64,000 bases of DNA, taken from contig CAVZQC010000001.1 of NCBI GenBank assembly GCA_963777315.1, forward strand, positions 128,001 through 192,000, in the 5' to 3' direction. Of this stretch, positions 48,867-57,840 are shown one piece after another (the first letter of the stretch is position 1; the number at the start of each line of letters is the position of its first letter). The position numbers were made by a program, and so were the translations under genes. The notes under the pieces were generated by a model. The model was not told where the DNA came from, did no database searches, and saw nothing but the letters and a program-made list of their open reading frames with translations. Source of the stretch: Vulcanimicrobiota bacterium (GTDB lineage: Bacteria > Vulcanimicrobiota > Vulcanimicrobiia > Vulcanimicrobiales > Vulcanimicrobiaceae).

Positions 48867-50760
48867 CCGCCGGCACGTATTTTTCAAACCACGCGAGGAT
48901 TCGCGAGCAGTAGTCGACGTACGCTTCGAAGCGTCGAATGCCGTGCCCCTCCTGCGGGTAAATGACCAGCTCGCAGACCGCTCCGTTGAGCACGAGCGCG
49001 CGATGAAACGATCGCGCCTGAGCCGGATCGCAGTTGGTATCCAAAGCGCCGGCGATCGAAAGCGTCGGAGTGCGCACGCTGCCCGCATACCTGATGGGGC
49101 TGCGTGAAACGAACGGGCCGTTGGAGTCAAACGGATCGCCGCCCAAAAACAGCGCATCGCCCAGCGCATTGTCCGATTCGAATCGCATTGAAAACCAATC
49201 GGTGATCGGAAAGGCGCTTACGGCAGCCGCGAACATGTTCGTCTGCGTAACCAGCCACGCGGCCATGAATCCCCCGTGACTGCCGCCCATTACCGCCAGG
49301 CGACCGGCTTGGGCAATCCCTTGACCGATCAAGAACTCTATGCCGCACAGTATGTCGTACGTCTCTTCTCCGCCCACGTCGCCGCGCACCATTTGCGCAA
49401 ATGCTTGGCCTCTGCCGGCGCTTCCGCGCGGGTTGGGAAGCAGCACCGCGTAACCGCGGCTCACCAGCAATCCGGTCAACTGCTGGGAAAGCGCCCACGA
49501 GTTGGTATGCGCGGAAACCGGGCCGCCGTGAACGAGGACGACGAGTGGAAACGGGCCGTCCGCACTCGGTCGTGCCAAGTATCCGTGAATGGACAGACCG
49601 TCGCGCGCTTTCCAGGAAATTTCCTTGAGATCGGCCGTCGTTTCGGCGACGTACGCGCTGCCGGCGTGTGCGAAGCCATGCAGCGAAACGGCAGGCTCTG
49701 CGCCGTCGAAGTACACCAGCGATGGAGCGTTCGCGTACGAATGGGCAACCGTGACGTACCCTTTACCCGCGCGCGCCGTGGCCGGATATGTGCGAAGCCA
49801 TGTCTCTCGCGCGCGACGCGCGATGCGCGCGCGCGCACTGGAGGTGTGGATTACTCCGGCTGCCACTTCGAAATCGCAAAGGCCGGCAAAATCGAATTCC
49901 CCGTTGCCGGCGGCTTGCAGAAACGTCACGTCGACGCCGTGCGTATCGACGGCGCGCCTTTGCCAAGCGCGCCCGCGTTCGAAGAGCTGCACGTCTCCGG
50001 CGACCAGCCCGCGGTCGCTGCAGCACGCCTCCACCACTGCAACGAACGCACCGTCGGGCGTGGCAGCCGGTAGGCCGAGCTCGTATTCCGGCCGGTAGAT
50101 CGTCCGGCACGCGTCCGCGGACAGCGGTAGATGAACCAGCCGCGTTTCGTGCCAAGCGCCTTCACGCGGGTCGTCGGATACGATCGCGGCGACGGCGTCG
50201 TTTCCGCACCAGACCGCTTCCCAAAACGTCAGGGCGTGCGGGTGGATCGCTTGGACGCAGCCATCGGCTACCACGTACGCGAAAATGCGCCGCCACTGCG
50301 TGCAGGCATTCGGCGGTTCCGTTTTGGGAAACCACTCCGGGTGCTCGTTGCGCGAAGCCGTAACGGCCGTTCGCAGGAGAATTCGAGCACCGTCGGGCGA
50401 CCAGCTGAGCGATTCGGCCGATCCCGGCACTTCGGAAGCCTCAGGACGAATCATTCCGTTCGTATCGGCGACGTACAACCGGAACCGCCCCGGACTGCCT
50501 CGATCGGAAAGAAAGGCGAGTTGGCCGGACGGCGACCAACGCGGCCCGATATCGTTGCCGCCGCTTTCGAGCAGAGACAGCGCGCAGGCGGCGGTGTCGA
50601 ACACGCCGATTCGCGATGCTGCAACGCCGCCGAGCTGCTCGTAGACGGAGCCGGCCAGCGCGACGTAACGCCCATCGTGCGATGCGCTCACTTCGCGCAC
50701 GTCCTCGAGCTTGCCCAAACCCGGTTCGTAGATCCGGCGAAAATGCTCGAAGACGCTCAC
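48811..50760 (-). CDS. S9 family peptidase (prolyl oligopeptidase clan, S9C-like) with beta-propeller
   Basis: PRWSPSG/WSPDG propeller repeats, VHGGP, NPRGSAGRG, GGSHGG (Ser), ALDTNC (Asp), EGHG (His); GTG overlaps upstream stop. Confidence 0.9.
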   Translation of the reverse strand: MSVFEHFRRIYEPGLGKLEDVREVSASHDGRYVALAGSVYEQLGGVAASRIGVFDTAACALSLLESGGNDIGPRWSPSGQLAFLSDRGSPGRFRLYVADTNGMIRPEASEVPGSAESLSWSPDGARILLRTAVTASRNEHPEWFPKTEPPNACTQWRRIFAYVVADGCVQAIHPHALTFWEAVWCGNDAVAAIVSDDPREGAWHETRLVHLPLSADACRTIYRPEYELGLPAATPDGAFVAVVEACCSDRGLVAGDVQLFERGRAWQRRAVDTHGVDVTFLQAAGNGEFDFAGLCDFEVAAGVIHTSSARARIARRARETWLRTYPATARAGKGYVTVAHSYANAPSLVYFDGAEPAVSLHGFAHAGSAYVAETTADLKEISWKARDGLSIHGYLARPSADGPFPLVVLVHGGPVSAHTNSWALSQQLTGLLVSRGYAVLLPNPRGSAGRGQAFAQMVRGDVGGEETYDILCGIEFLIGQGIAQAGRLAVMGGSHGGFMAAWLVTQTNMFAAAVSAFPITDWFSMRFESDNALGDALFLGGDPFDSNGPFVSRSPIRYAGSVRTPTLSIAGALDTNCDPAQARSFHRALVLNGAVCELVIYPQEGHGIRRFEAYVDYCSRILAWFEKYVPAATPDRPPAPPSETPLRTP

Positions 50761-53546
50761 GCGCGGGCAGGTCTTGTGCCCAGTGCTTCCTGCACCGCGC
50801 GCTGTTCGCTCCATGCGGCACCTTCGCTCGCGCACGCATCGCGCTCGGACGGCGTCAGCTTTGCCGCGAGCTCGCGCTCGATGCTTTGCCGTCCCCATGC
50901 CTCGGTCGCTTCGCGTTCGACGGCACTCGAGTCGAAATACGCGTCCACGTATGCGCACAGACGCGCGGCCAGGCGCGCGTCACCCTCCAGCGCTTGCGCT
51001 AGGGCGACGTGCTGAAGTGCGATGGCGGTCTGATAGCTGTCCTGCGTGCCGGCAAGCATACCGATCGCAGCGACTGCATCGTCGGCGCCTTGCGCGCGCT
51101 CGCCCTGCGCTATGCGGTAGATCGCCAGATTGCAGCGAAGGTTCGCAGCCAACCGCGCGGCGCCCGCGTTTTGCGAGGGCAGCAGCGCTTCCAACGCGTG
51201 CCGGACCGCGCCCTTGTAGTCGCCGCATTGAAACTCCAAGTCCGCCAAGTACGCATGCGTCTGACCGATCGCATATTCGCCGCCGTGGCTGAGCGCCGCG
51301 TCCAGCGCTTGGCGATGAATCGCGCGGGCATCTTCGATCTGACCGCTGCCCGCAACGATCGAGCCCAGCGTGTTCGAGGCCACTGCAAATCCGGAAACGT
51401 CGCCGGCCTCCTGCAGCAGCGTTGCGGCCCGGCGCGCCGCCGTCTCGGCCGCGGTCCACCTGCGCGCGCGACGCAGCGCCAACGCCCGCTGGCGCAGCGC
51501 ATATCCTAATCCGCGACGATCGCTAACGGCCTCGTAGAGCTCGCAAGCGCGTTCGGCTGCCTCCAGCTTCTTGGCAGCCTGCAAGAGAACCGCTCGGGCC
51601 AAATGCAAACGCGCCGCAACACCGGGTTCGAGCGCTTCGTCGAGCGCCGCCAGCCCGCATTCGATCCAATAGAGCCCTTCGCCCAGGTGGCCGGCGTCGA
51701 ACCAAAAACGCTCGAGCGACCCGGCGATGGTGCCGCCCAGCACGGGATCGTTGCGCGCATCCAGCGCCCACAGCAACGCCGCCCGCACGTTTTCGTGCTC
51801 GCGCGCGAGCTGCGCAAACCACTGATACTGCGGCATCGCCGTCTCTTGGTCGCCCTTTTGCGCAAAGTCGCGAAAGAACTCCGCGTGTTTGCGCGCCGCG
51901 AGCTGGCGTTCGCCGTTTTCCGCCAGCTTCTCCAACGCGTATTCGCGACTGGATTCGAGCAGATCGTATCTCTCGTGGCTGCCCTCGGTGTGCGCGACCA
52001 CGAGCGATTTTGCCGCCAGTGACGCGAGCAGATCGAGCACTTCGAGCGCGTCGCCGCAATTCTGCCCGCACGTCGCAGCTGCGGCGTCCCACGAAAATCC
52101 GCCCGCGAATACGCCGACGTGCCGGAAGAGCGCTTTTTCGCGCTCGTCGAGCGAGTTGTAACTCCAATCGATGAGCGCGCGCAGCGTTTGATGATGCGGC
52201 AAATCGTCGCGGCTTCCGCGTGTGAGCAAACGAAACCGCTCGGTAAGTCCGTCGCTCAGACGCGCGACGCTCAAAACTCCGATGCGCGCCGCAGCGAGTT
52301 CGATTGCCAGCGCGATGCCGTCCAGCCGCCGGCAAATGTCGCCGACGATGGGTGCGGTTTCTTGCGTCAATACAAAATTTTGACGGACCGCAGCGGCGCG
52401 CTCGGCGAACAGCGCAACCGCGCTGTACTGCAGCGCATCCTGCGCCGTTACGGCCGAGCCTCGGGGCGGGTACGTCAGCGGTGGGACGCGGTACACCTGT
52501 TCGCCGGCCAGTCCGAGCGCTTGGCGGGACGTGGCGAGGACGTGCAGGCCGTTCGAAGCACGCAGCAGCTCACGGCAAAACTCGGCCACCGCTTCAATAA
52601 GGTGCTCGCAGTTGTCGAATATCAACAGCGTGGAACGCGCCGACAGCGCGGCGGCGATCGACGCATTGAGCGAGCGATCCGGCGATTCGTGAATCCCCAG
52701 AGCGGCTGCGACCGCATTGGGGACGAACTGGTCGACGGTGATCGGCGCCAGCTCCACCAGCCACACGCCGTCGGGAAACGTCTGCAGCATCTGCGACCCC
52801 ACGCATACCGCGATGCGGGTCTTGCCGATGCCCCCGCTGCCGGCAATCGTGACGAGCCGATTGTTCTGCACGCATGCCATGAGCGCCGCGACTTCTTCGT
52901 CGCGTCCCACCAGCCGCGTGAGCTGCGTGGGCAAATTGTTGCGCGAGGGCTGCGAAAGCGGGGACAGCGCAAATTCATCTCGCAGCTCCGGAGCGCACAA
53001 TTGAAACACGCGTTCGGGCGCGGCGACGTCGCGCAGCGTGAAATACCCCAGTTCCCGAACGCTGACATGCGCGCCCAGATGACGCTCGACCATGTCCGCA
53101 GTCACGGACGTGAGCAGCACCTGGCCGCCCTGCGCAAGGCCCATCAGCCGAGCGACGCGGTTGACCGCAGGACCGAAATAATCGCCGTCCCGTTCCTCGG
53201 TTTCACCGGTATGAACGGCCATACGCACGCGCACGCCGCTTACGGCGCTGAAATCCTCCTGCGCCAAGCGGCGCTGAGCTTCTAATGCCGCGTCGACGGC
53301 GTTCTTGGCTCGATCGAAAACCGCGCAGCACCCGTCACCGAGTTTTTTGAATACGATGCCTGCGTGCGCCGCCACCGCCGAATCCATGATGGCATTGTGA
53401 CGCTCGAGTGCCGCGCCCATCTCACGGCCGTGCGCTTCCCAGCGCAGCGTGCTGCCTTCGATGTCGGTAAATAAAAACGTCACCGTGCCCGTGGGAAGGG
53501 TACGGGTACGCGCCGAACTTTTGAGCTGGGTAGCCGCACGCGGCAT
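50757..53546 (-). CDS. Class III adenylate cyclase + STAND NTPase + TPR protein
   Basis: FTDIEGST, KKLGDG, DYFGPAVNRVARL; Walker A GSGGIGKT, Walker B IFDNCEH, LDGIALAIELAA; C-terminal TPR-like helices. Confidence 0.92.
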   Translation of the reverse strand: MPRAATQLKSSARTRTLPTGTVTFLFTDIEGSTLRWEAHGREMGAALERHNAIMDSAVAAHAGIVFKKLGDGCCAVFDRAKNAVDAALEAQRRLAQEDFSAVSGVRVRMAVHTGETEERDGDYFGPAVNRVARLMGLAQGGQVLLTSVTADMVERHLGAHVSVRELGYFTLRDVAAPERVFQLCAPELRDEFALSPLSQPSRNNLPTQLTRLVGRDEEVAALMACVQNNRLVTIAGSGGIGKTRIAVCVGSQMLQTFPDGVWLVELAPITVDQFVPNAVAAALGIHESPDRSLNASIAAALSARSTLLIFDNCEHLIEAVAEFCRELLRASNGLHVLATSRQALGLAGEQVYRVPPLTYPPRGSAVTAQDALQYSAVALFAERAAAVRQNFVLTQETAPIVGDICRRLDGIALAIELAAARIGVLSVARLSDGLTERFRLLTRGSRDDLPHHQTLRALIDWSYNSLDEREKALFRHVGVFAGGFSWDAAAATCGQNCGDALEVLDLLASLAAKSLVVAHTEGSHERYDLLESSREYALEKLAENGERQLAARKHAEFFRDFAQKGDQETAMPQYQWFAQLAREHENVRAALLWALDARNDPVLGGTIAGSLERFWFDAGHLGEGLYWIECGLAALDEALEPGVAARLHLARAVLLQAAKKLEAAERACELYEAVSDRRGLGYALRQRALALRRARRWTAAETAARRAATLLQEAGDVSGFAVASNTLGSIVAGSGQIEDARAIHRQALDAALSHGGEYAIGQTHAYLADLEFQCGDYKGAVRHALEALLPSQNAGAARLAANLRCNLAIYRIAQGERAQGADDAVAAIGMLAGTQDSYQTAIALQHVALAQALEGDARLAARLCAYVDAYFDSSAVEREATEAWGRQSIERELAAKLTPSERDACASEGAAWSEQRAVQEALGTRPARA

Positions 53547-53625
53547 TGTAACCTGAGCTTCTCTTGCCTGCTCCTTTTTTCCGCGCTATAGAGCGCTTGT
53601 TTGGCCGCTTACAGGGAGAACACTG

Positions 53626-53895
53626 ATGGCGACACCCGTTACCGACTACGTTCTGCGTCTGGCACGCGATCGCCAAGAGGCTGAGAAATTCAAAACGTCC
53701 CACGCGTCCGCCAAGCAGTCCATGACTGCTGCAGGCCTGGACGAGCAACAGCAAGAGCTCGTGCTCAGCGGCGACGCCAACCGGTTGGGCGAGGCGATGC
53801 AGAGCGAAATGTCGGTCCATGCGCAAGTTAACGCTGCGTACAATAACGTGCAGTGTAAGATGACTATTCCGATACCGCACCCTCCGAAGCAGTAG
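53626..53895 (+). CDS. Split-borosin precursor peptide (SonA-like borosin-binding domain + C-terminal core)
   Basis: GGGAG RBS; VTDYVLRLARD...FK...MTAAGLDEQQQELVLSGD matches the LigA-like BBD pattern; tail SVHAQVNAAYNNVQCKMTIPIPHPPKQ; directly upstream of the methyltransferase. Confidence 0.85.
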   Translation: MATPVTDYVLRLARDRQEAEKFKTSHASAKQSMTAAGLDEQQQELVLSGDANRLGEAMQSEMSVHAQVNAAYNNVQCKMTIPIPHPPKQ

Positions 53896-53907
53896 GAAGC
53901 AGCCGGC

Positions 53908-54792
53908 GTGCCCGCCGGGTCGCTCAGCGTGGTCGGCACCGGTATTCAAGTCGTCTCGCAGACCTCGCCCCAGGCTGCAGCATGCATCGAAGCGGCGGAT
54001 ATCGTCTATTTCGTTTCGGCCGACGCGCTGACGGCGGTCTGGATCCGCCAAATCAATGCCAACGCGCACTCGCTCAACGGATTGTACGCCGAGGGCAAAG
54101 ATCGCGGCATCACGTACGAAGAAACGATCGATCGGGTGCTCGAATCCGTATTCGCAGGACAAGACGTTTGCTTTGTCAGCTACGGCCATCCCGGCGTTTT
54201 CGCGTACCCCACGCACGAGGCGATTCGACGCGCCCGAGCTGCAGGACACCGCGCCCAAATGCTGCCTGCCATATCGGCCGATGCGTGTCTATTTGCCGAT
54301 CTCGGCATCGATCCGTCGTCGACGGGATGCCAAAGCTTCGAGGCGACGGATTTTCTGCTGTACGGCCGCCGTTTCGACTGCCGGTGTTCGCTGCTGCTCT
54401 GGCAAATCGGCATCATCGCGGAGATGGGCCATTTCGACAGCTTCACTCTCTGGAACCGGGCCGGAGTTGTCACGTTGGTGGAGGTCTTGCGCCGGGATTA
54501 TCCCGCCGAGCACACCGTAACGGTGTACGAAGCTCCACGATACGCCTGCTGCGAACCGCACATCGAGCATGTCGCGCTCGCGGAGTTGGCAAACGCGAAT
54601 ATCACTCCGCTGTCCACGCTGTACGTCCCGCCCTACGGAAAAGCCGAACCCGACCTCGAGATGGCCCGCCGGTTACTCGATCAGACGTCGGGGCGCGCCG
54701 GCCGCGCGCTGCTCGCAAGCGCTCCGCCCACGAACGCGCCGACGCCGCCGAGCAGTGCAGCCGCGTACGGATACCAGCTGGGAAAGGGCTGA
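53908..54792 (+). CDS. Borosin alpha-N-methyltransferase (SonM/OphMA-like, TP_methylase fold)
   Basis: GSLSVVGTGIQ, LYAEGKDRGITY, YGHPGVF, PAISADACLFADLGIDP, GCQSFEATDF, LLWQIG, STLYVPP. Confidence 0.92.
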   Translation: MPAGSLSVVGTGIQVVSQTSPQAAACIEAADIVYFVSADALTAVWIRQINANAHSLNGLYAEGKDRGITYEETIDRVLESVFAGQDVCFVSYGHPGVFAYPTHEAIRRARAAGHRAQMLPAISADACLFADLGIDPSSTGCQSFEATDFLLYGRRFDCRCSLLLWQIGIIAEMGHFDSFTLWNRAGVVTLVEVLRRDYPAEHTVTVYEAPRYACCEPHIEHVALAELANANITPLSTLYVPPYGKAEPDLEMARRLLDQTSGRAGRALLASAPPTNAPTPPSSAAAYGYQLGKG

Positions 54793-55073
54793 TGCGGCGG
54801 AGGTTTGGAGATCGCGGCCGCCAGCGCCGTAGCGGACGCAATGGCAAAGCCCAGGGCGGTAGCATGGCTCAAGGGACGTGAGGGCGCCAACCGCGCAGTA
54901 ACCGCACCGGCGACGATGCCCGCAGCCAAGGCGACGATTTCGCCGCCGATGATGGCCTGCGGCCCCATCCGCCCGTGCATTGCAGCACTCAGCATTGCGG
55001 CGCCGACGAGCTCGAGCACGATCAGCGCGAGGTACCCGGCCAGTACCGCCAAGATGGTGCGGCTCGGATTCAA
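54681..55073 (-). CDS. 4-TM membrane protein
   Basis: Four hydrophobic segments, PSWYP loop; directly downstream of DRE-TIM gene. Confidence 0.7.
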   Translation of the reverse strand: MNPSRTILAVLAGYLALIVLELVGAAMLSAAMHGRMGPQAIIGGEIVALAAGIVAGAVTARLAPSRPLSHATALGFAIASATALAAAISKPPPHQPFPSWYPYAAALLGGVGAFVGGALASSARPARPDV

Positions 55074-55079
55074 GAGCGA

Positions 55080-56480
55080 TTAACCGGCTGCAGCGGCTTT
55101 GGATTGACCGAGCGCAACCGCGATGTCGACGACTTCGTCCTCCCCGATCGACAGACGGCGCATCGCGTCTTCGTAAAGCGCGATCGTTTCTTCGCTCTTG
55201 CTGCTTGCAGCTCGCTCTTCGCGCAGGCGTTTGATCTCTTCGGTAACGTCGTGCGAGAGCTGCGCAGTCACTTCGACGCCGTGCGAAGCCAGCTGCCCCG
55301 CGTGCTTGCGCAGCGTGTCTTCGACGAGCGCGACGCCCGAGTGCTTTCCGAAAATCCACGACGTCCGGCCGCCTACCATCGCCGCCGGCACCGCTTCGTA
55401 CATGCGCCGGTCGATGAGCATGGCATGCGTGTGTATGCCCGATTCGTGCGCGAACACTTTCGAGCCGACGATGGGCTCGTGCTGCTGCATGGGAATGCCG
55501 GTCATGCGTTCCATGAAGCGCGCCAAATCGCGCAGCGCTTCGTACTTGAATCCGGGAATCTCAACGCCGTAGAGAACGCGCAGCGCCGTCACGAATTCAT
55601 GCAGCTTCACGTTGCCTGCCCGCTCGCCGTATCCGTTGGCCGTAACGGAAACGACCGTAAAGCCGCATGATACCGCCGTTATGGCGTTGATCGTCCCAAG
55701 CCCGTAATCGTTGTGAAAATGGCAGACCATCGGCAGACCCTTGGGCATGGCGCGCACGATGCGCGAGCAGTACCACTTTGCCGCCTCGGGCGTCAGGCAG
55801 CCGACGGTGTCCGGCCATGCAGGCCGGTCTCCCCCCGCCGCAAGCGATTCCTTGAAATAGCGAATGAAGTAGTCGACGTCGCCTCGGCTTCCGTCTTCGG
55901 CTCCGAACTCGACGCGGGTCACGCCCCGCTCGCGCGCGTACCGGATCGCGTCGCACTGCAGTTTGATGTTGGCGGCGCGATAGAACTCCAGCGGAAGGTC
56001 CAGCCATTCGCTTTCGGCGCGGCCCTCGAGTTTGAGGAGCGTCTTTCCGATCTTGTACTTTAAGTGCAGATCGCTGCCGCTGGTGAAAATGAAGAACGTG
56101 ACCTCGGACGGCGACACGTCGACCTCATCCAACGTGGCGATCGTGACGTCGATGTCTTTCGGATTGCTCCGGCACATCACGACGATCTCGACTTCACCCA
56201 GTTCGCCGCGGCGTTTTGCCTCCATCACCAGCTGCAGCGTCTTGCGGTCGCCCGCGGACGCGGCCGGAAAACCGACGCTCATGACGTGCACGCCGATGTC
56301 GGCCAAGCGCTGCGCGATACGGTACTTCTGCTCCGGAGTAAAGCACACGCCGGGCATCTGCTCGCCGTCGCGAAGCGTTTCGTCGTAAATGCGTATCTGC
56401 GACGGATCCGGAAAGTTCAGCTGCGCGGTAAATTCGCGCGGATCGCGGATGAGTCGCTCGATGGGCTCGCGGAATTCCAT
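55080..56480 (-). CDS. DRE-TIM metallolyase (2-isopropylmalate/homocitrate synthase-like), no LeuA regulatory domain
   Basis: IYDETLRDGEQ, PDTVG, HFHNDYG, GERAGN, HESGIH. Confidence 0.88.
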   Translation of the reverse strand: MEFREPIERLIRDPREFTAQLNFPDPSQIRIYDETLRDGEQMPGVCFTPEQKYRIAQRLADIGVHVMSVGFPAASAGDRKTLQLVMEAKRRGELGEVEIVVMCRSNPKDIDVTIATLDEVDVSPSEVTFFIFTSGSDLHLKYKIGKTLLKLEGRAESEWLDLPLEFYRAANIKLQCDAIRYARERGVTRVEFGAEDGSRGDVDYFIRYFKESLAAGGDRPAWPDTVGCLTPEAAKWYCSRIVRAMPKGLPMVCHFHNDYGLGTINAITAVSCGFTVVSVTANGYGERAGNVKLHEFVTALRVLYGVEIPGFKYEALRDLARFMERMTGIPMQQHEPIVGSKVFAHESGIHTHAMLIDRRMYEAVPAAMVGGRTSWIFGKHSGVALVEDTLRKHAGQLASHGVEVTAQLSHDVTEEIKRLREERAASSKSEETIALYEDAMRRLSIGEDEVVDIAVALGQSKAAAAG

Positions 56481-56498
56481 AGCTTGGCAAAAACCTCT

Positions 56499-57827
56499 TC
56501 ACAGGTTCCTGAGCATAACCTCCTCGCGCGCGGGCAGTCCTGCATCGGACGCCGCGCTGGACTGCGCGCGCCGGCTATAGACGCGCAGTTCCGAGATGTC
56601 GCGCGGGAACGCAAGCTCCAGCGTCCAGTCGAACGCCACGCGCAATTTCCGTTCCAATCCCGGCAAGCGCAAAAGGTAATACGTGCGCCACAAAAACCAT
56701 GCGGCAAATCCCGTCAGTACGCGGTTACCCGGCAACTCGGCAACGGCTTTACGCGCTCCCAGCGAGGCCATCATCCCCAGCGATTTGTACCGGAACGGGC
56801 GCGTCGGCTTGCCGCCCAACGCGGCAACGATGTTGTCCGCGAGCACCGGGCCCTCGCGAATGGCGTGCTGCGCGGTCGGCGGATAAAAGCCGCCTTCGCC
56901 GTTCGGAATGGCGGCGCAATCGCCGATCGCCCAAACTCCGGGATGCCCGGCGACGCTCATGTCCGCCTGCACCGCAATCGTACCGTTCTTCCCGCGCGGC
57001 AGCTCGCCGCTGCCGTCGAGCGTTCGCGCGCGCACGCCGGCACTCCATACGATCGTGCGCGTTTCGACGCGCTTGCCGCTTTGCAGCGTTAAGCCGTCGT
57101 CGTCCGCCATTTTCACGCCGTCGCCCGTAATGACGCTCACGCCGCGACGCCGCAAATCGTGCAGGGAATACTCGCCCATGCGCGCGGGCAAACCGGGCAG
57201 CAGCGTCTTGCCGCCTTCGATCAGGACGATGCGGATGTCGTCTTTGCGAACGTTTTTGTAAAACCGCCCGACGCTGCGGAACAGCTCCACCATTTCTCCG
57301 GCCGTTTCCACTCCCGTAAATCCGCCCCCGACGACGACCAGCGTGAGCAGCCGCTTGCGCTCGTCGTCCTGCTGCGTCGTGTCGGCCAGTTCGAGCAGCC
57401 AGATGAAGCGATTGCGCAGCGTGCCGGCATCCTCGAGCGTTTTAAGCGCAAAGACGCGCTCGGCCACGCCGGGCAATCCGAACGTCGACGTCGCCGCGCC
57501 GATGGATATCACCAGCTGATCGTACGGCATCTCCAGGCGGTCGCCGGTGAGCGTGTGCGTATAGCGCACCATACGCCCCTGCACGTCGATGCCGGTGACG
57601 TCCGCCAGGATGAACTGCGTGCGGCTGAGCTGCGCTCGAATCGGCGTGACGATGTGACGAACGTCCAGCGCGCCCGAACTGACTTCCGGCAGCATCGGCG
57701 TGAACAGCGAGAAGTTCTCACGGCTGATCAGCACGAGCTGCGCTTGACTATCGCGCAATCGCTTCTCCAACCGATGAGCGACTGCTATGGCGGCAAATCC
57801 GCCGCCCAGGATGACGATGCGCTTCAC
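56499..57827 (-). CDS. ndh: Type II NADH dehydrogenase-like FAD oxidoreductase
   Basis: ILGGGFAA, FTPMLPEV, VGGGFTGVE, WAIGDCA, PTAQHA; GTG start at 57827. Confidence 0.9.
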   Translation of the reverse strand: MKRIVILGGGFAAIAVAHRLEKRLRDSQAQLVLISRENFSLFTPMLPEVSSGALDVRHIVTPIRAQLSRTQFILADVTGIDVQGRMVRYTHTLTGDRLEMPYDQLVISIGAATSTFGLPGVAERVFALKTLEDAGTLRNRFIWLLELADTTQQDDERKRLLTLVVVGGGFTGVETAGEMVELFRSVGRFYKNVRKDDIRIVLIEGGKTLLPGLPARMGEYSLHDLRRRGVSVITGDGVKMADDDGLTLQSGKRVETRTIVWSAGVRARTLDGSGELPRGKNGTIAVQADMSVAGHPGVWAIGDCAAIPNGEGGFYPPTAQHAIREGPVLADNIVAALGGKPTRPFRYKSLGMMASLGARKAVAELPGNRVLTGFAAWFLWRTYYLLRLPGLERKLRVAFDWTLELAFPRDISELRVYSRRAQSSAASDAGLPAREEVMLRNL

Positions 57828-57840
57828 AAACGGCTGCGTT

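Noticed and set aside
53908..54792. Cobalamin/siroheme tetrapyrrole methylase
   Set aside because: Motifs and the adjacent BBD precursor fit borosin NMTs; no cob/cbi/cysG context.
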